From Gemmatimonadaceae bacterium (lineage in GTDB: Bacteria; Gemmatimonadota; Gemmatimonadetes; Gemmatimonadales; Gemmatimonadaceae), in assembly GCA_051859245.1 (NCBI GenBank), contig JBHYGA010000004.1, forward strand, positions 1,022,910 to 1,086,909: a stretch of 64,000 bases of DNA, written 5' to 3'. Below, piece by piece: positions 1 to 9,353 of this stretch. The stretch's first letter is position 1. Every line of letters begins with the position of its first letter. The notes below the pieces were generated by a model. It had not been told where the DNA came from. It was given only the letters and a program-made list of their open reading frames with translations, and searched no databases. Made by a program: the position numbers and the translations under genes.

Positions 1-1
1 C

Positions 2-814
2 AACGAGGACAACTGGTTACAGCTCACGCGCCTTGATCGCACCATGGATTCGCTGATCGAGCGCGGGCATGGTGAAGCCATTGTGGTGATGCCCGACGGT
101 GACGATTCGTGGTACACCACGTGGGCGTCGTTGCCGAACGAAGCCGGCTGCCGCGCTGACACCGCGCGCACCGAACCTGCGGCGCAGTTCTGTGTGCCCT
201 GGCCGCACTACGACGATTACATCGCGCGCGATCTGGTAGCGTTCGTGGATCGCGCCTATCGCACCCGTGCGCAGGCGCGGCACCGAGGCATTGCGGGACT
301 CAGCATGGGTGGGTACGGCGCGGTCACGCTGGCGCTGCGGTATCCCGATGTGTTTGCGGCCGCGGCCAGCCACAGTGGCGTGCTGGCGCCGGCGTTTGTT
401 GGTCCGCGTCCGTACGCCGAGCCGGCGCGGTGGGCGCGCACACCGGCTGAGCTGCGGGAAGCGGCGGGTGTGCGGTACTCGTGGTACGAGTCGCGCTTTG
501 GCCGCGATACGATTGGCTGGTACGCGCGCGATCCTGGGCGGCTCGCAGAGCGCCTGGTGCGGGCGGGGAAGGCCGTGCCCTTGCTGTACATCGATTGTGG
601 CCTGAGCGACCCGTTTATCGATCAAAACCGTGCCTTTGCCGCAACGTTGCGCGTCCTTGGGGTGTCCCATGCGTATCGCGAACCATCTGGGGGGCACGAT
701 TGGAACTACTGGCGCGCTCAGGCACCGGGCAGTCTGGTGTGGTTGTTGTCGCACGTGACCCGGGTCGACGCGGTCGCGCCGCCTGGTGCTGGCGCGCGGC
801 GCGATCCCGCGTAG
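2..814 (+). CDS. Esterase, alpha/beta hydrolase (tributyrin esterase/S-formylglutathione hydrolase-like); 5' end lies outside the window
   Basis: GLSMGG nucleophile elbow, DCGLSD acid and GGHDWNYW His motif; frame is open from base 2. Confidence 0.85.
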   Translation, partial: NEDNWLQLTRLDRTMDSLIERGHGEAIVVMPDGDDSWYTTWASLPNEAGCRADTARTEPAAQFCVPWPHYDDYIARDLVAFVDRAYRTRAQARHRGIAGLSMGGYGAVTLALRYPDVFAAAASHSGVLAPAFVGPRPYAEPARWARTPAELREAAGVRYSWYESRFGRDTIGWYARDPGRLAERLVRAGKAVPLLYIDCGLSDPFIDQNRAFAATLRVLGVSHAYREPSGGHDWNYWRAQAPGSLVWLLSHVTRVDAVAPPGAGARRDPA

Positions 815-824
815 GTTCGCACAG

Positions 825-1298
825 GTGATCCCTACGCTGCCCTCCGGCACTTATGTGCTGCCACGCTCGCGCCTCACATCGCTGCGCGTGTTCTCGCGCT
901 CCACGCTGGAGCTGGCGGGCATTACCGGCGTGCTGGTGCGTCTCTATCGCGCCGTCGTGCTCAGCGGCGACGCCTTCGCGAACTGGCCCATGTTCATTGC
1001 CGCGCTTGTGGCGGGCGTGGTGTTTGTGTGTGCGGTGCTGACGTGGCACCTGAGCAACTTCACGCTGCGTCGCTGGCCCGCGCGGGTGGCGGCGTTTATC
1101 GGCATCGAGGTGGCCGCGGAGTTCGGGATGAGCTCGGTGCTGATTGCGCTGGGCAGGGAGCCGATTGGGAGTGCGATGGCGACCTGGGCGGACTGGTGGC
1201 CGCTGGCGGGGCAGACGTTGTTGGAGCGGGGGTTGGTGATGGGTGGGTACGCGGCGTTGCTGGCGGGGGCGATGTGGGTGGTGACGCGGAGGCGTTAG
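825..1298 (+). CDS. Hypothetical multi-pass membrane protein
   Basis: About 4 hydrophobic segments; GTG at 825 just after the esterase stop; start uncertain. Confidence 0.65.
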   Translation: MIPTLPSGTYVLPRSRLTSLRVFSRSTLELAGITGVLVRLYRAVVLSGDAFANWPMFIAALVAGVVFVCAVLTWHLSNFTLRRWPARVAAFIGIEVAAEFGMSSVLIALGREPIGSAMATWADWWPLAGQTLLERGLVMGGYAALLAGAMWVVTRRR

Positions 1299-2572
1299 TC
1301 GTTCCGCTCCGCACTTGGCGAGAGTAGTGCAGGAATGACACGGCGGCCGCAGATCGCGACGGCCATCAACGCCGGAAGAAACGCGAGCGAGAGTGACGGG
1401 ATCGACGCGGACCCTGGTGGAAGGAAGCAGCAAACGGCGAGTGCGAACATGCTTATGCGCTCGAACCTTAACCAGCCGCCCTTAGCTGCCTCTTTAGCGA
1501 GCAGCGCGATCGGAAAGACCAGAATCGGCAGCTCGTAGTAAAAAGCATACGGGGTCACAAGCAGTGTTGATGAGCTGAGGGCTGCCAGGCGCAATGCTGG
1601 ATTCTTCAATCGCGACCAGCATGCTACGACGTACACGGCGAGCAGAATCGAGACTACGAGCTGCAATCCCTGAGAAATCGGGAGTGACGCGCCGAGAAGC
1701 CGCGCCTGACCAAACGGTGTGGTCAGCTTTTCGAACGTGAACTGAGCTCTTGTCAAGCGCTCGCTGTGCGCACTCAATGATTCGACAAACGCAAACCACG
1801 GCGCTGAACCCCAGAGAGCGACAGAGATCGCTGCGATTGCGACAGCGGTGATCGTGGCAACACCGAACGCCTTCCAGCATCGTGCTGCCGCGAATGCGAG
1901 AGGGATGAGGAGCCCAAACTGCGGTTTGATCGTGAGCAGGCCCGCGGCGACGCCGGCAAGCACGGGCTTACTGCTCGCAAAGTAGCCGCTGAGTGCCAGA
2001 AGGCTCGCCGTGAGCATGCCGGTCTGTCCGGTTATCACGGACTGAAAAATTGCCGGAGAGGACACTGACAGAAACAGCGCCAGCTTGTTGTTCCACATCG
2101 ATCTCAGAGATGTCGCGAAGAGCAACAGCTGTGATGAGACCCAGGCCGCGAAGGCCCACATGAAAGGAACGAGCGCCAACGGCGCGACCACCAGAAACAT
2201 CGTTGGTGGATACATCCAGGCGAGCAGCATCTTTCTCGCTCCCGGATGACGGGTGCCGATGAGCTCTGCGAAGTGATCGAGCGTGTAGACGCGGGTCATG
2301 TTGTCCGTCCCGACCACTTGTGCTGCGGTGCGGAACGCGACAAAATCGCCACCGACAAGATTGCCGAAGCGCGTGACGAAGTCCTCCGCCTGCTGAACAA
2401 GTCGTGCGTATTCGCCGTAGGCGCTGAACACGAAAAGCAACGCGAGCGCCGTGAAAGTCAGCCATATTCGCTCGCCTAGCAGCGACTCAAGAGTAGGGAA
2501 TCGTCTCTGCTCGTCTTTTGACTCAGTTTTCACGACGCATGTTGCCGAGATATCTCCCACCGAGAACGCCAC
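1295..2572 (-). CDS. GT87/DUF2029-family membrane glycosyltransferase (GT-C fold)
   Basis: GGDFVAF, WMYPP, TGQ, IKPQFG and PYAFYYEL motifs in a polytopic membrane protein. Confidence 0.85.
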   Translation of the reverse strand: MAFSVGDISATCVVKTESKDEQRRFPTLESLLGERIWLTFTALALLFVFSAYGEYARLVQQAEDFVTRFGNLVGGDFVAFRTAAQVVGTDNMTRVYTLDHFAELIGTRHPGARKMLLAWMYPPTMFLVVAPLALVPFMWAFAAWVSSQLLLFATSLRSMWNNKLALFLSVSSPAIFQSVITGQTGMLTASLLALSGYFASSKPVLAGVAAGLLTIKPQFGLLIPLAFAAARCWKAFGVATITAVAIAAISVALWGSAPWFAFVESLSAHSERLTRAQFTFEKLTTPFGQARLLGASLPISQGLQLVVSILLAVYVVACWSRLKNPALRLAALSSSTLLVTPYAFYYELPILVFPIALLAKEAAKGGWLRFERISMFALAVCCFLPPGSASIPSLSLAFLPALMAVAICGRRVIPALLSPSAERND

Positions 2573-4227
2573 AAGAAAAGCAGAACAAGCGAAGCTGCGC
2601 CCAATGCGCTGGCAACTAAACCCCAGAACTCAAGAGCAGTACGCACCAAGCGAAACTCGACGCTAGACGTACCCGGAGGTACGCGAACGCTCACCAGTTT
2701 GCTTTCGGGATCGTGAAGTGTTGCGCGATCACCGTCAACTGTGACCGACCATCCGGTGTAGGGGAACTGTCGAAGAACTACTGTGGCGCCTTCCGAGGGA
2801 GCGCTAACGAGCGCGCGCGCGCGTCCGCGACGAAATTCTGCGTTGTACACCTTGGCGCCGTCAAGTGAGAAGACGATCGATGAATCTGAATACGCCTCGA
2901 CGGGGCCGGATAACCGGTGTTCAATAACGTCGTTTCGCGCCAGTTCGTAGTGACCATCTTGCTGCGGCATGGGGAAAATGTAGACAGCAAACGCGAAGTT
3001 AATGGCCGTAAGGGCCGCAGCGCTCACGGTCATGCGCGACAATACGCGTAATCGGAAGTTGTGCATCGGTGCGGGTGCCGCGACAAGCATGGCTAAGCTT
3101 AGCGGCACTAAAACAGTCAAAGTGGAAGTAAGGCGCCACGCGAACTGGATCCGATTAATAAGGGGAAACGAGTCCCAAAGTGGCTGGCTGTAAGGATGAC
3201 AGAGATACAAGACCAGTACTACCAAGACGAGAAGCACTTTCGGTTTGACGTCGCCAGTATGGTTCCTTCTTATTGCCCATGCTACGATGGCTAGCACGGG
3301 CAATGCTGTTATCAAGAACGCAGGCAGTATGAGCTGATTTGAGATCGAAAGCACATTAAGCATGTGGTCACCGAAATCGCGCTTCGTATCGGAGAGCACG
3401 CTCAGCCTGAGGAAGAGCGAGTGGCGAACTGTCTCTGCCCGAAACATGGTTTCGTGCGGGGCGTACTCCTGATGAGTGAGCGCAGTACTTAAGTACCAAG
3501 AGGCGATCAGCGCTCCGACGGATGACGCGATAGCCAGCCAACGCAGCTCGCTTCCATCTCGTAGTGCGAGAGCCAAGAAAATCGAGGTGGGAATGGCGAT
3601 TAACGCAGTAGGAGGATGCAGCATCAGCATGGTCGCTACGAACACAGCAAGCCACGGCGCTCCCTTGATCCCGCGCGACCGAGTAAGCATTGCGGACCAC
3701 AGCAGCAGCGGGTACACACCACACGCAATAAACTCAACAAACGCGCCCCTAACGACTAGGTTTGCGTAAAAGAGGTAGGGCAACTGCGTGTACACGACTG
3801 CGATTAATGCGGCGTCGGCTCTTCTCGCCCCCAGCTCTCGGGATACGAGAAACGCGCCCGTCGCTCCAAGCAATGCGGCGGATAGAATCGCCAGACCCAT
3901 GCTGACGTCGACCGAGATCAGACCGAATCCGAGCGCCCGAAAAAGTGCGCTCAGGAAAAACGCGACTGGGGGGTAGAAATAGAAAGTCGGCGAGCCAAGA
4001 CCCCTATTCAGGTCTGGCATCCAGCGCGGATATGGTACCCCGCCGAATAGTTGCCCGTGGAACGACTCGGTCCACACTCGATAGATCATGCCGTCGAAAG
4101 AAAACGGCGGAAGTCCCTGCAAAGAAACAAGGTATGGGAGGCTGGCGAAGAATATCGGGCCGAGTAGTTGCTTCCACGAATAGTCGTTTGCATCGTGAAG
4201 GGAACGTTCGTGACTGGCGTTAGTCAT
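2530..4227 (-). CDS. PTPS-related/YfhO-like GT-C membrane protein
   Basis: YPRWMPDLNRGLGSPTFYFYPP, RG.F.E and IQFAWR motifs; C-terminal YfhO-like soluble region (FPYTGWSVTVDG). Confidence 0.8.
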   Translation of the reverse strand: MTNASHERSLHDANDYSWKQLLGPIFFASLPYLVSLQGLPPFSFDGMIYRVWTESFHGQLFGGVPYPRWMPDLNRGLGSPTFYFYPPVAFFLSALFRALGFGLISVDVSMGLAILSAALLGATGAFLVSRELGARRADAALIAVVYTQLPYLFYANLVVRGAFVEFIACGVYPLLLWSAMLTRSRGIKGAPWLAVFVATMLMLHPPTALIAIPTSIFLALALRDGSELRWLAIASSVGALIASWYLSTALTHQEYAPHETMFRAETVRHSLFLRLSVLSDTKRDFGDHMLNVLSISNQLILPAFLITALPVLAIVAWAIRRNHTGDVKPKVLLVLVVLVLYLCHPYSQPLWDSFPLINRIQFAWRLTSTLTVLVPLSLAMLVAAPAPMHNFRLRVLSRMTVSAAALTAINFAFAVYIFPMPQQDGHYELARNDVIEHRLSGPVEAYSDSSIVFSLDGAKVYNAEFRRGRARALVSAPSEGATVVLRQFPYTGWSVTVDGDRATLHDPESKLVSVRVPPGTSSVEFRLVRTALEFWGLVASALGAASLVLLFLWRSRWEISRQHAS

Positions 4228-4747
4228 CTCTGTTCGTGCCGGTGTGAACGACGCAGCGAACTGGCTGCCAAAGGAAACCATGCGATTGCTTGAGCGGAAT
4301 AAATGCTCCATCCATTATTCGTTTGCAGAACAGCGCAAACGATCATGTAGCATGCTATCCCCGCCTCAGTGGGGAGGATTCTTCTTTCGCAAAACGCCCG
4401 GCTATCGGCAGCGGCGGGTGCAACCCGGCAACAACAGCAGCAAGCGGATTGAAGTACGCGGGAGAGACTTTTTCGGTGTTCAGAATGTGATATGCCTACA
4501 CGCAAACCTGCAGCGGACAGTGCCCGGAGAGCAATCGGGTCAACAGTCAAACCGCATCGGCGCCCAATGGTCTCAGCCGACCCAACCGCCGACACCGTAC
4601 TGTGAGCTAGACAATCGTGAGACAACGGCGACTATCAAGTTAATTCGGCCACTCGGCAAGGTCCCAAGTGAAGTTGCCGTGGCATCCTTGGGTCGTCTTC
4701 TGCATGTTTACGCACCGGCGTTCGATGTAAACAAGAGACCGAGGTCC

Positions 4748-6379
4748 ATGATTACCGCGTCTGACGGCAAGGCGACTAAGTTCGCAAGTTTCGGAGTGTC
4801 GCTGCCACTCATCGCGGTGATCGTGACTTTTGTAAGTGCGATTGGGTCTGGCACTGTCCTTAACGACGCTGATACCTACTGGCATCTGGCTGCGGGCCGT
4901 TGGATTCTGGAACACAGCGCGGTCCCGACCTCCGATCCGTTCTCCTTTACCATGTTCGGCGCGCCGTGGACCGCGCACGAATGGGGCAGCGAACTGGTGA
5001 TGACGCTGCTGTACAGTCTGGCGGGCTGGCGGGGCCTGCACCTTTTCTTCAGCATGGTGTTCGCTGGGACCGCAGCGTTCGTGACGCGGCAGATGCTTCA
5101 TCACTTGGAGCCGGTCCACGTGATCATCCTTATGGCGTTGTGCATTGCCATGATGCATACCCACTTTCTCATACGCCCGCACGTCCTCGCATGGCCGTTT
5201 CTTGCCGTTTGGTTCGCCACGCTCTCCCGTTGCGTCGAGTCCGAAGCAACCCCACCACTATGGCTGCTGCCGCTTCTCGTAGCATGGACCAACTTGCACG
5301 CGTCGTTCACGCTTGGCCTTGCCTTTCTCGCTGCGTTTGCGCTTGACGCGTTTTTTCGTGCGAGCACTCCAGAAGCGCGCAAGCGAGTGATCTTGGGGTG
5401 GGGTACGTTCGGATTTTCGGCAGGTGTGTTCGCCATGATCAATCCGCGAGGTTGGCATGCATTCATACATGCCATTGACCTTATGGGCATGAAGGTCACG
5501 CTGAGTGTGGTGCAAGAGTGGGAAAGCACGAACTTTCATGAGCCACAGCTTCTGCTTATCTGGTTGCTGCTGGTGCTCCTACTCGCAATCGCTGGAAAGC
5601 TGAGGCTACCATTGTGGCGAGGTGTCATGGTCTTCTTCATGCTCTTCCTGGCGCTCAAGCACGATCGCTACAACTCACTGCTCGCGCTCACGTCACCATT
5701 CTTGATCGTTCCCGCCTTGAGGACTCGCCTTGGCTCGGCGGGCAGCGAAGCGAACGAATCGGCCAACGGTTCGATCTCACGACTAGATTCGCTGTTCGAA
5801 TCTTTGAGGCATAAGGCACGTCCAGCAACCATGGCAGTGACGTGCGTAGCCACCGCCGCCACCACGTGGCTGCTCGCCGATCGTTGGCGCGTAGAGCCCG
5901 CCGCGAGCGCAACACCTGAAGCAGCGTTGAGCTACGCACAACGCTCCGGACTCAGCGGACCAGTGTTCAACGCGTACGGGTTCGGCGGATACTTGATATT
6001 TCGCGGTGTGCCAGTGTTTGTAGACGGACGAGCGGATATGTATGGCGACCCGTACATCGCGAAACTCGCGTCTGCGCTTTCACTCTCAAAGAATGGCGAG
6101 CTCGAACAACTACTCGACGAGCACCAAATCAGCTGGACTCTTTTGCAGCCGAACCTCCCCGCTGTGCGTTTGCTCGACCTGCTCCCCGAATGGGAGCGTG
6201 TGTACAGCGACTCGGTCGCCGTCATTCACAAGCGTCGCGCCAGAAGAATCGTCAGGCACGATACCGCCGCGCGATACGAAGCAGTTCACCAGCGGCCCGT
6301 ACAAAGTCCCCCGCACGCAATCGCGAGCCAGCACGATGCTCCCAGCGGTCGAGCGGGTGTTCGCGGACGGCACGCGTAA
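4748..6379 (+). CDS. Polytopic membrane protein, probable GT-C glycosyltransferase
   Basis: D.DTYWHLAAGRWIL, DPFSFT, HEW, WTNLHASF, QEW, YGFGGYL and FVDGRADMY motifs; ATG 4748 preferred over the longer ORF from 4244. Confidence 0.75.
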   Translation: MITASDGKATKFASFGVSLPLIAVIVTFVSAIGSGTVLNDADTYWHLAAGRWILEHSAVPTSDPFSFTMFGAPWTAHEWGSELVMTLLYSLAGWRGLHLFFSMVFAGTAAFVTRQMLHHLEPVHVIILMALCIAMMHTHFLIRPHVLAWPFLAVWFATLSRCVESEATPPLWLLPLLVAWTNLHASFTLGLAFLAAFALDAFFRASTPEARKRVILGWGTFGFSAGVFAMINPRGWHAFIHAIDLMGMKVTLSVVQEWESTNFHEPQLLLIWLLLVLLLAIAGKLRLPLWRGVMVFFMLFLALKHDRYNSLLALTSPFLIVPALRTRLGSAGSEANESANGSISRLDSLFESLRHKARPATMAVTCVATAATTWLLADRWRVEPAASATPEAALSYAQRSGLSGPVFNAYGFGGYLIFRGVPVFVDGRADMYGDPYIAKLASALSLSKNGELEQLLDEHQISWTLLQPNLPAVRLLDLLPEWERVYSDSVAVIHKRRARRIVRHDTAARYEAVHQRPVQSPPHAIASQHDAPSGRAGVRGRHA

Positions 6380-7046
6380 CCTGATCCCGACCGTGCACCA
6401 ACGAAGCCCGCGCAATCATCTCCACATCAAAAATCCATCGAGAAGAAAACGGCTCGGCGATCGCAGCGGACAACAGATCTCCAGTACGAAACAACTTGGC
6501 GCCACACTGCGAATCGTAAATTGGGAGCGCAACGACGACACTCGCCGCAGTCGCGAACAGACGGCCGAGGTAGTGGCGCCGCGCATGTCGCGTCACAATT
6601 CGTCCAAGCGACCGTAGCCGTATGCCCCAGACCCACTGGACGTGCGCGTGTTCGGCGAACACTCGTCGCATGCTCACAAGCTCCTGTAGCGGAGCCGAGA
6701 GGTCCGCGTCCCAGAAACCGCAGACTCGTGCTTCTGTTGCCGCATTTGCCTGCAGTAGTCCATGTCTCACAGCCTCCGCCTTCCCCATATTGTGAGAAAG
6801 CGAAAGCACCGAAACTCTACCGCTGTGCTCAGACCGAAGCTCTTCAAGCACCGCTTCAGTGTTGTCGGCGGATCCATCGTTCACGAAAATGAAGTCAAGC
6901 CACGGCATGGTTGAGATCGCATTCGTGAAGGCGGCGACATCAAGTCGCTTGGCTTCATTGAAGCACGGCACGACAAGTGTCACACGCGTTGCGCGCATGG
7001 CCTCACGGGCGCTTTCGATGTCCATGCGGCTGTCAGAGTGCGTCAT
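6252..7046 (-). CDS. GT2 glycosyltransferase (polyprenol-phosphate glycosyltransferase-like)
   Basis: VVPCFNE, VNDGSAD, N.GKAEAV, DAD, DSQCGAKLF and WIFDVE motifs. Confidence 0.88.
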   Translation of the reverse strand: MTHSDSRMDIESAREAMRATRVTLVVPCFNEAKRLDVAAFTNAISTMPWLDFIFVNDGSADNTEAVLEELRSEHSGRVSVLSLSHNMGKAEAVRHGLLQANAATEARVCGFWDADLSAPLQELVSMRRVFAEHAHVQWVWGIRLRSLGRIVTRHARRHYLGRLFATAASVVVALPIYDSQCGAKLFRTGDLLSAAIAEPFSSRWIFDVEMIARASLVHGRDQVTRAVREHPLDRWEHRAGSRLRAGDFVRAAGELLRIARRYRA

Positions 7047-7087
7047 CAACTCAGTCGACGTTGCGCGGGTCAGATGGGGAACTGCTG

Positions 7088-7843
7088 ATGCAGCTTGAAG
7101 CCTATCAACTGATGGCCGCGGCGGAAGAAACGCATTGGTGGTTCCGAGGCCGTCGTACCATGATCTGTCGCGTTCTCGAGACCATAAAGCTCCCGTCGCG
7201 AGCGCACGTGCTCGACGCAGGCTGCGGCACCGGCGGGAATCTGCCGATGCTGTCGCAGTTCGGCAAAGTGTACGGATTTGAATACGACGCAACCGCGCGC
7301 CAGTTGGCAGACGCTCGGGGGCTGGCGATCGTTTCAAGCGGGGCCCTCCCCGACGAAGTGCCCTTTGCGCCGCAGGCGTTCGATCTCATTGGGTTGTTCG
7401 ACGTGCTCGAGCACCTGGAGCATCCTGTGGAATCACTTCGCGCTCTCGGCGAGCGACTGGCGCCGGGCGGAGCACTTGTACTCACGGTTCCAGCATATCA
7501 GTGGCTTTGGGGCCCGCACGACGAACTGCATGAGCATAAGCGCCGTTATTCGTTGCCCTTGCTGCGCGCGCATGTGCAGGCCGCCGGTCTGGCGGTGTCC
7601 TACGCCAGCCATATGAACTCCTTGCTGCTACCCGCAGCGGTGGTACAGCGCGTCGCGCACCGATTCACCAAACACGCTGCGTCCGACCTCACCCCGGACG
7701 CGGTCGTAAACGAAATGTTCTACCGCATTTGGAGTCTGGAGCGCGCGTGGATTCCGAAACTGCGCGTTCCATTCGGACTGTCGATCATCGCCGTGCTCAG
7801 GCGCGAAGCTCCAAGCGGTACGCCCGGTCGTCCCGTCGGGTAG
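7088..7843 (+). CDS. Class I SAM-dependent methyltransferase
   Basis: HWWFRGRR, LDAGCGTG, FDVLEH, TVPA..LW and H.RRY motifs. Confidence 0.88.
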   Translation: MQLEAYQLMAAAEETHWWFRGRRTMICRVLETIKLPSRAHVLDAGCGTGGNLPMLSQFGKVYGFEYDATARQLADARGLAIVSSGALPDEVPFAPQAFDLIGLFDVLEHLEHPVESLRALGERLAPGGALVLTVPAYQWLWGPHDELHEHKRRYSLPLLRAHVQAAGLAVSYASHMNSLLLPAAVVQRVAHRFTKHAASDLTPDAVVNEMFYRIWSLERAWIPKLRVPFGLSIIAVLRREAPSGTPGRPVG

Positions 7844-7905
7844 CGGCGCCTTCACCCAACCGCGCTTGTGAGTTACTCTGGGGGATCTTCCTCCCGGAGT
7901 GGTTC

Positions 7906-9351
7906 ATGCTCGTCGCCATTCGCGCGATTGTCACGCTCGCCGTCCTAACTGCCGCCCCCGTCGCCGCTCAGGGCGTCCCCAAGCTGGAACCCCGCCCCGC
8001 CGCCGACGCCACCACCGCCCCCGCCTGGCGCACCATGGCCACGCGCGACTCCCTGCGCCCCTTCGGTACCCTGCGCGAGCAAGCCGTCATCCGCCAGGCC
8101 TGGCTCGAAAAGCGCATGGACACCATTCTGCCGGCGCTCATGCGCAAGTACAACGTGGACATGTGGGTGATGCCCATGCGCGAGTACAACGAAGACCCCA
8201 TCTTCCACTCGCTCGTCTCACCCACCACGTTCGCCGCGCGCCGCCGTACCATCTACGTGTTCTTCGATCGCGGCGCCGAGGGCATTGAGAAGCTCGCGTT
8301 CGGCGGTACGGATCAGGGTGGCGTGTACAAAGCCATTCGCAGCACCAAGCCTGTCGACGCGCCAGCGGCCGGCAGTCGCTCCAACGATCGCACCGCCGAA
8401 CTCTGGGGTGACGATCAGTGGCAGGTGCTCAAAACGGCCATCGAAGAACGGCAGCCCAAGCGCATCGCCGTGAACACGTCGCGCACCTGGCACTTTGCCG
8501 ACGGCATCACGCAAGGTGAATACGCCGGCATGACACAATCACTCGGCCCCACACTCGCCGCGCGCGTGGTGCCCGCCGAAGGGCTCGCGGTTGACTTCAT
8601 TGCGTCACGTCTCGCCGAAGAAGAAGCAGTGTTCGAGCGCATGAACGAAGTGGCGTGGGGCATCATCAAGGAAGCGTTCAGCGAGCGTGTGATCACGCCC
8701 GGCAAAACACGCGTCGAAGACGTCGTGTGGTGGATGCGCCAGCGTTTGAACGATCTTGGCCTCGAAACGTGGTTCCAGACGAGCGTGTCGGTGCAACGCC
8801 CGTTCGGCGACGGTTTGGTGCTCGCCAATCCGATCATTCAACGCGGCGACTTGTTGCACTGTGATTTTGGCATCAAGGCGTTCGGGCTGAACACAGACAC
8901 GCAGCACGTTGGTTACGTGCTGCGCGAAGGCGAAACGGATGTGCCAGCAGAGCTCAAAACGGTGCTACGCAACTCCAATCGCCTGCAGGATATTGTCATT
9001 GAAGAACTCAAGCCCGGTCGCACCGGCAATCAAGTGCTCGCCGCCTCGCTCGCACGTATGCGCGCAGAAAACATTGATGGCACCATTTACTCGCATCCGA
9101 TCGGCGCCCACGGACACGGCGCAGGCACCATGATTGGACTGTGGGACTATCAGGAAGGCGTACCGGCGCGCGGTGATTTTCCAGTGATCGCCGGCATGTG
9201 GTATTCCATTGAGCTCCAAGCCACTACGCCCGTCGCGTCGTGGAACAACCAGCGCGTACGTTCGGCACAGGAAGAAGATGTGATCATCGGTGCTGACGGT
9301 CGTGTGCGTTGGGCGCACGGCCGGCAGACGGAGTATCACCTGGTGCGCTGA
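7906..9351 (+). CDS. M24-family (Xaa-Pro) metallopeptidase, exported
   Basis: Signal peptide; metal ligands in HCDFG, TDTQ, HPIGAHGHG, SIE and QEED. Confidence 0.85.
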   Translation: MLVAIRAIVTLAVLTAAPVAAQGVPKLEPRPAADATTAPAWRTMATRDSLRPFGTLREQAVIRQAWLEKRMDTILPALMRKYNVDMWVMPMREYNEDPIFHSLVSPTTFAARRRTIYVFFDRGAEGIEKLAFGGTDQGGVYKAIRSTKPVDAPAAGSRSNDRTAELWGDDQWQVLKTAIEERQPKRIAVNTSRTWHFADGITQGEYAGMTQSLGPTLAARVVPAEGLAVDFIASRLAEEEAVFERMNEVAWGIIKEAFSERVITPGKTRVEDVVWWMRQRLNDLGLETWFQTSVSVQRPFGDGLVLANPIIQRGDLLHCDFGIKAFGLNTDTQHVGYVLREGETDVPAELKTVLRNSNRLQDIVIEELKPGRTGNQVLAASLARMRAENIDGTIYSHPIGAHGHGAGTMIGLWDYQEGVPARGDFPVIAGMWYSIELQATTPVASWNNQRVRSAQEEDVIIGADGRVRWAHGRQTEYHLVR

Positions 9352-9353
9352 GC

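Noticed and set aside
4244..4747. 168-aa N-terminal extension of the GT-C-like ORF
   Set aside because: Not protein-like and overlaps the divergent intergenic region; family motifs begin after ATG 4748.
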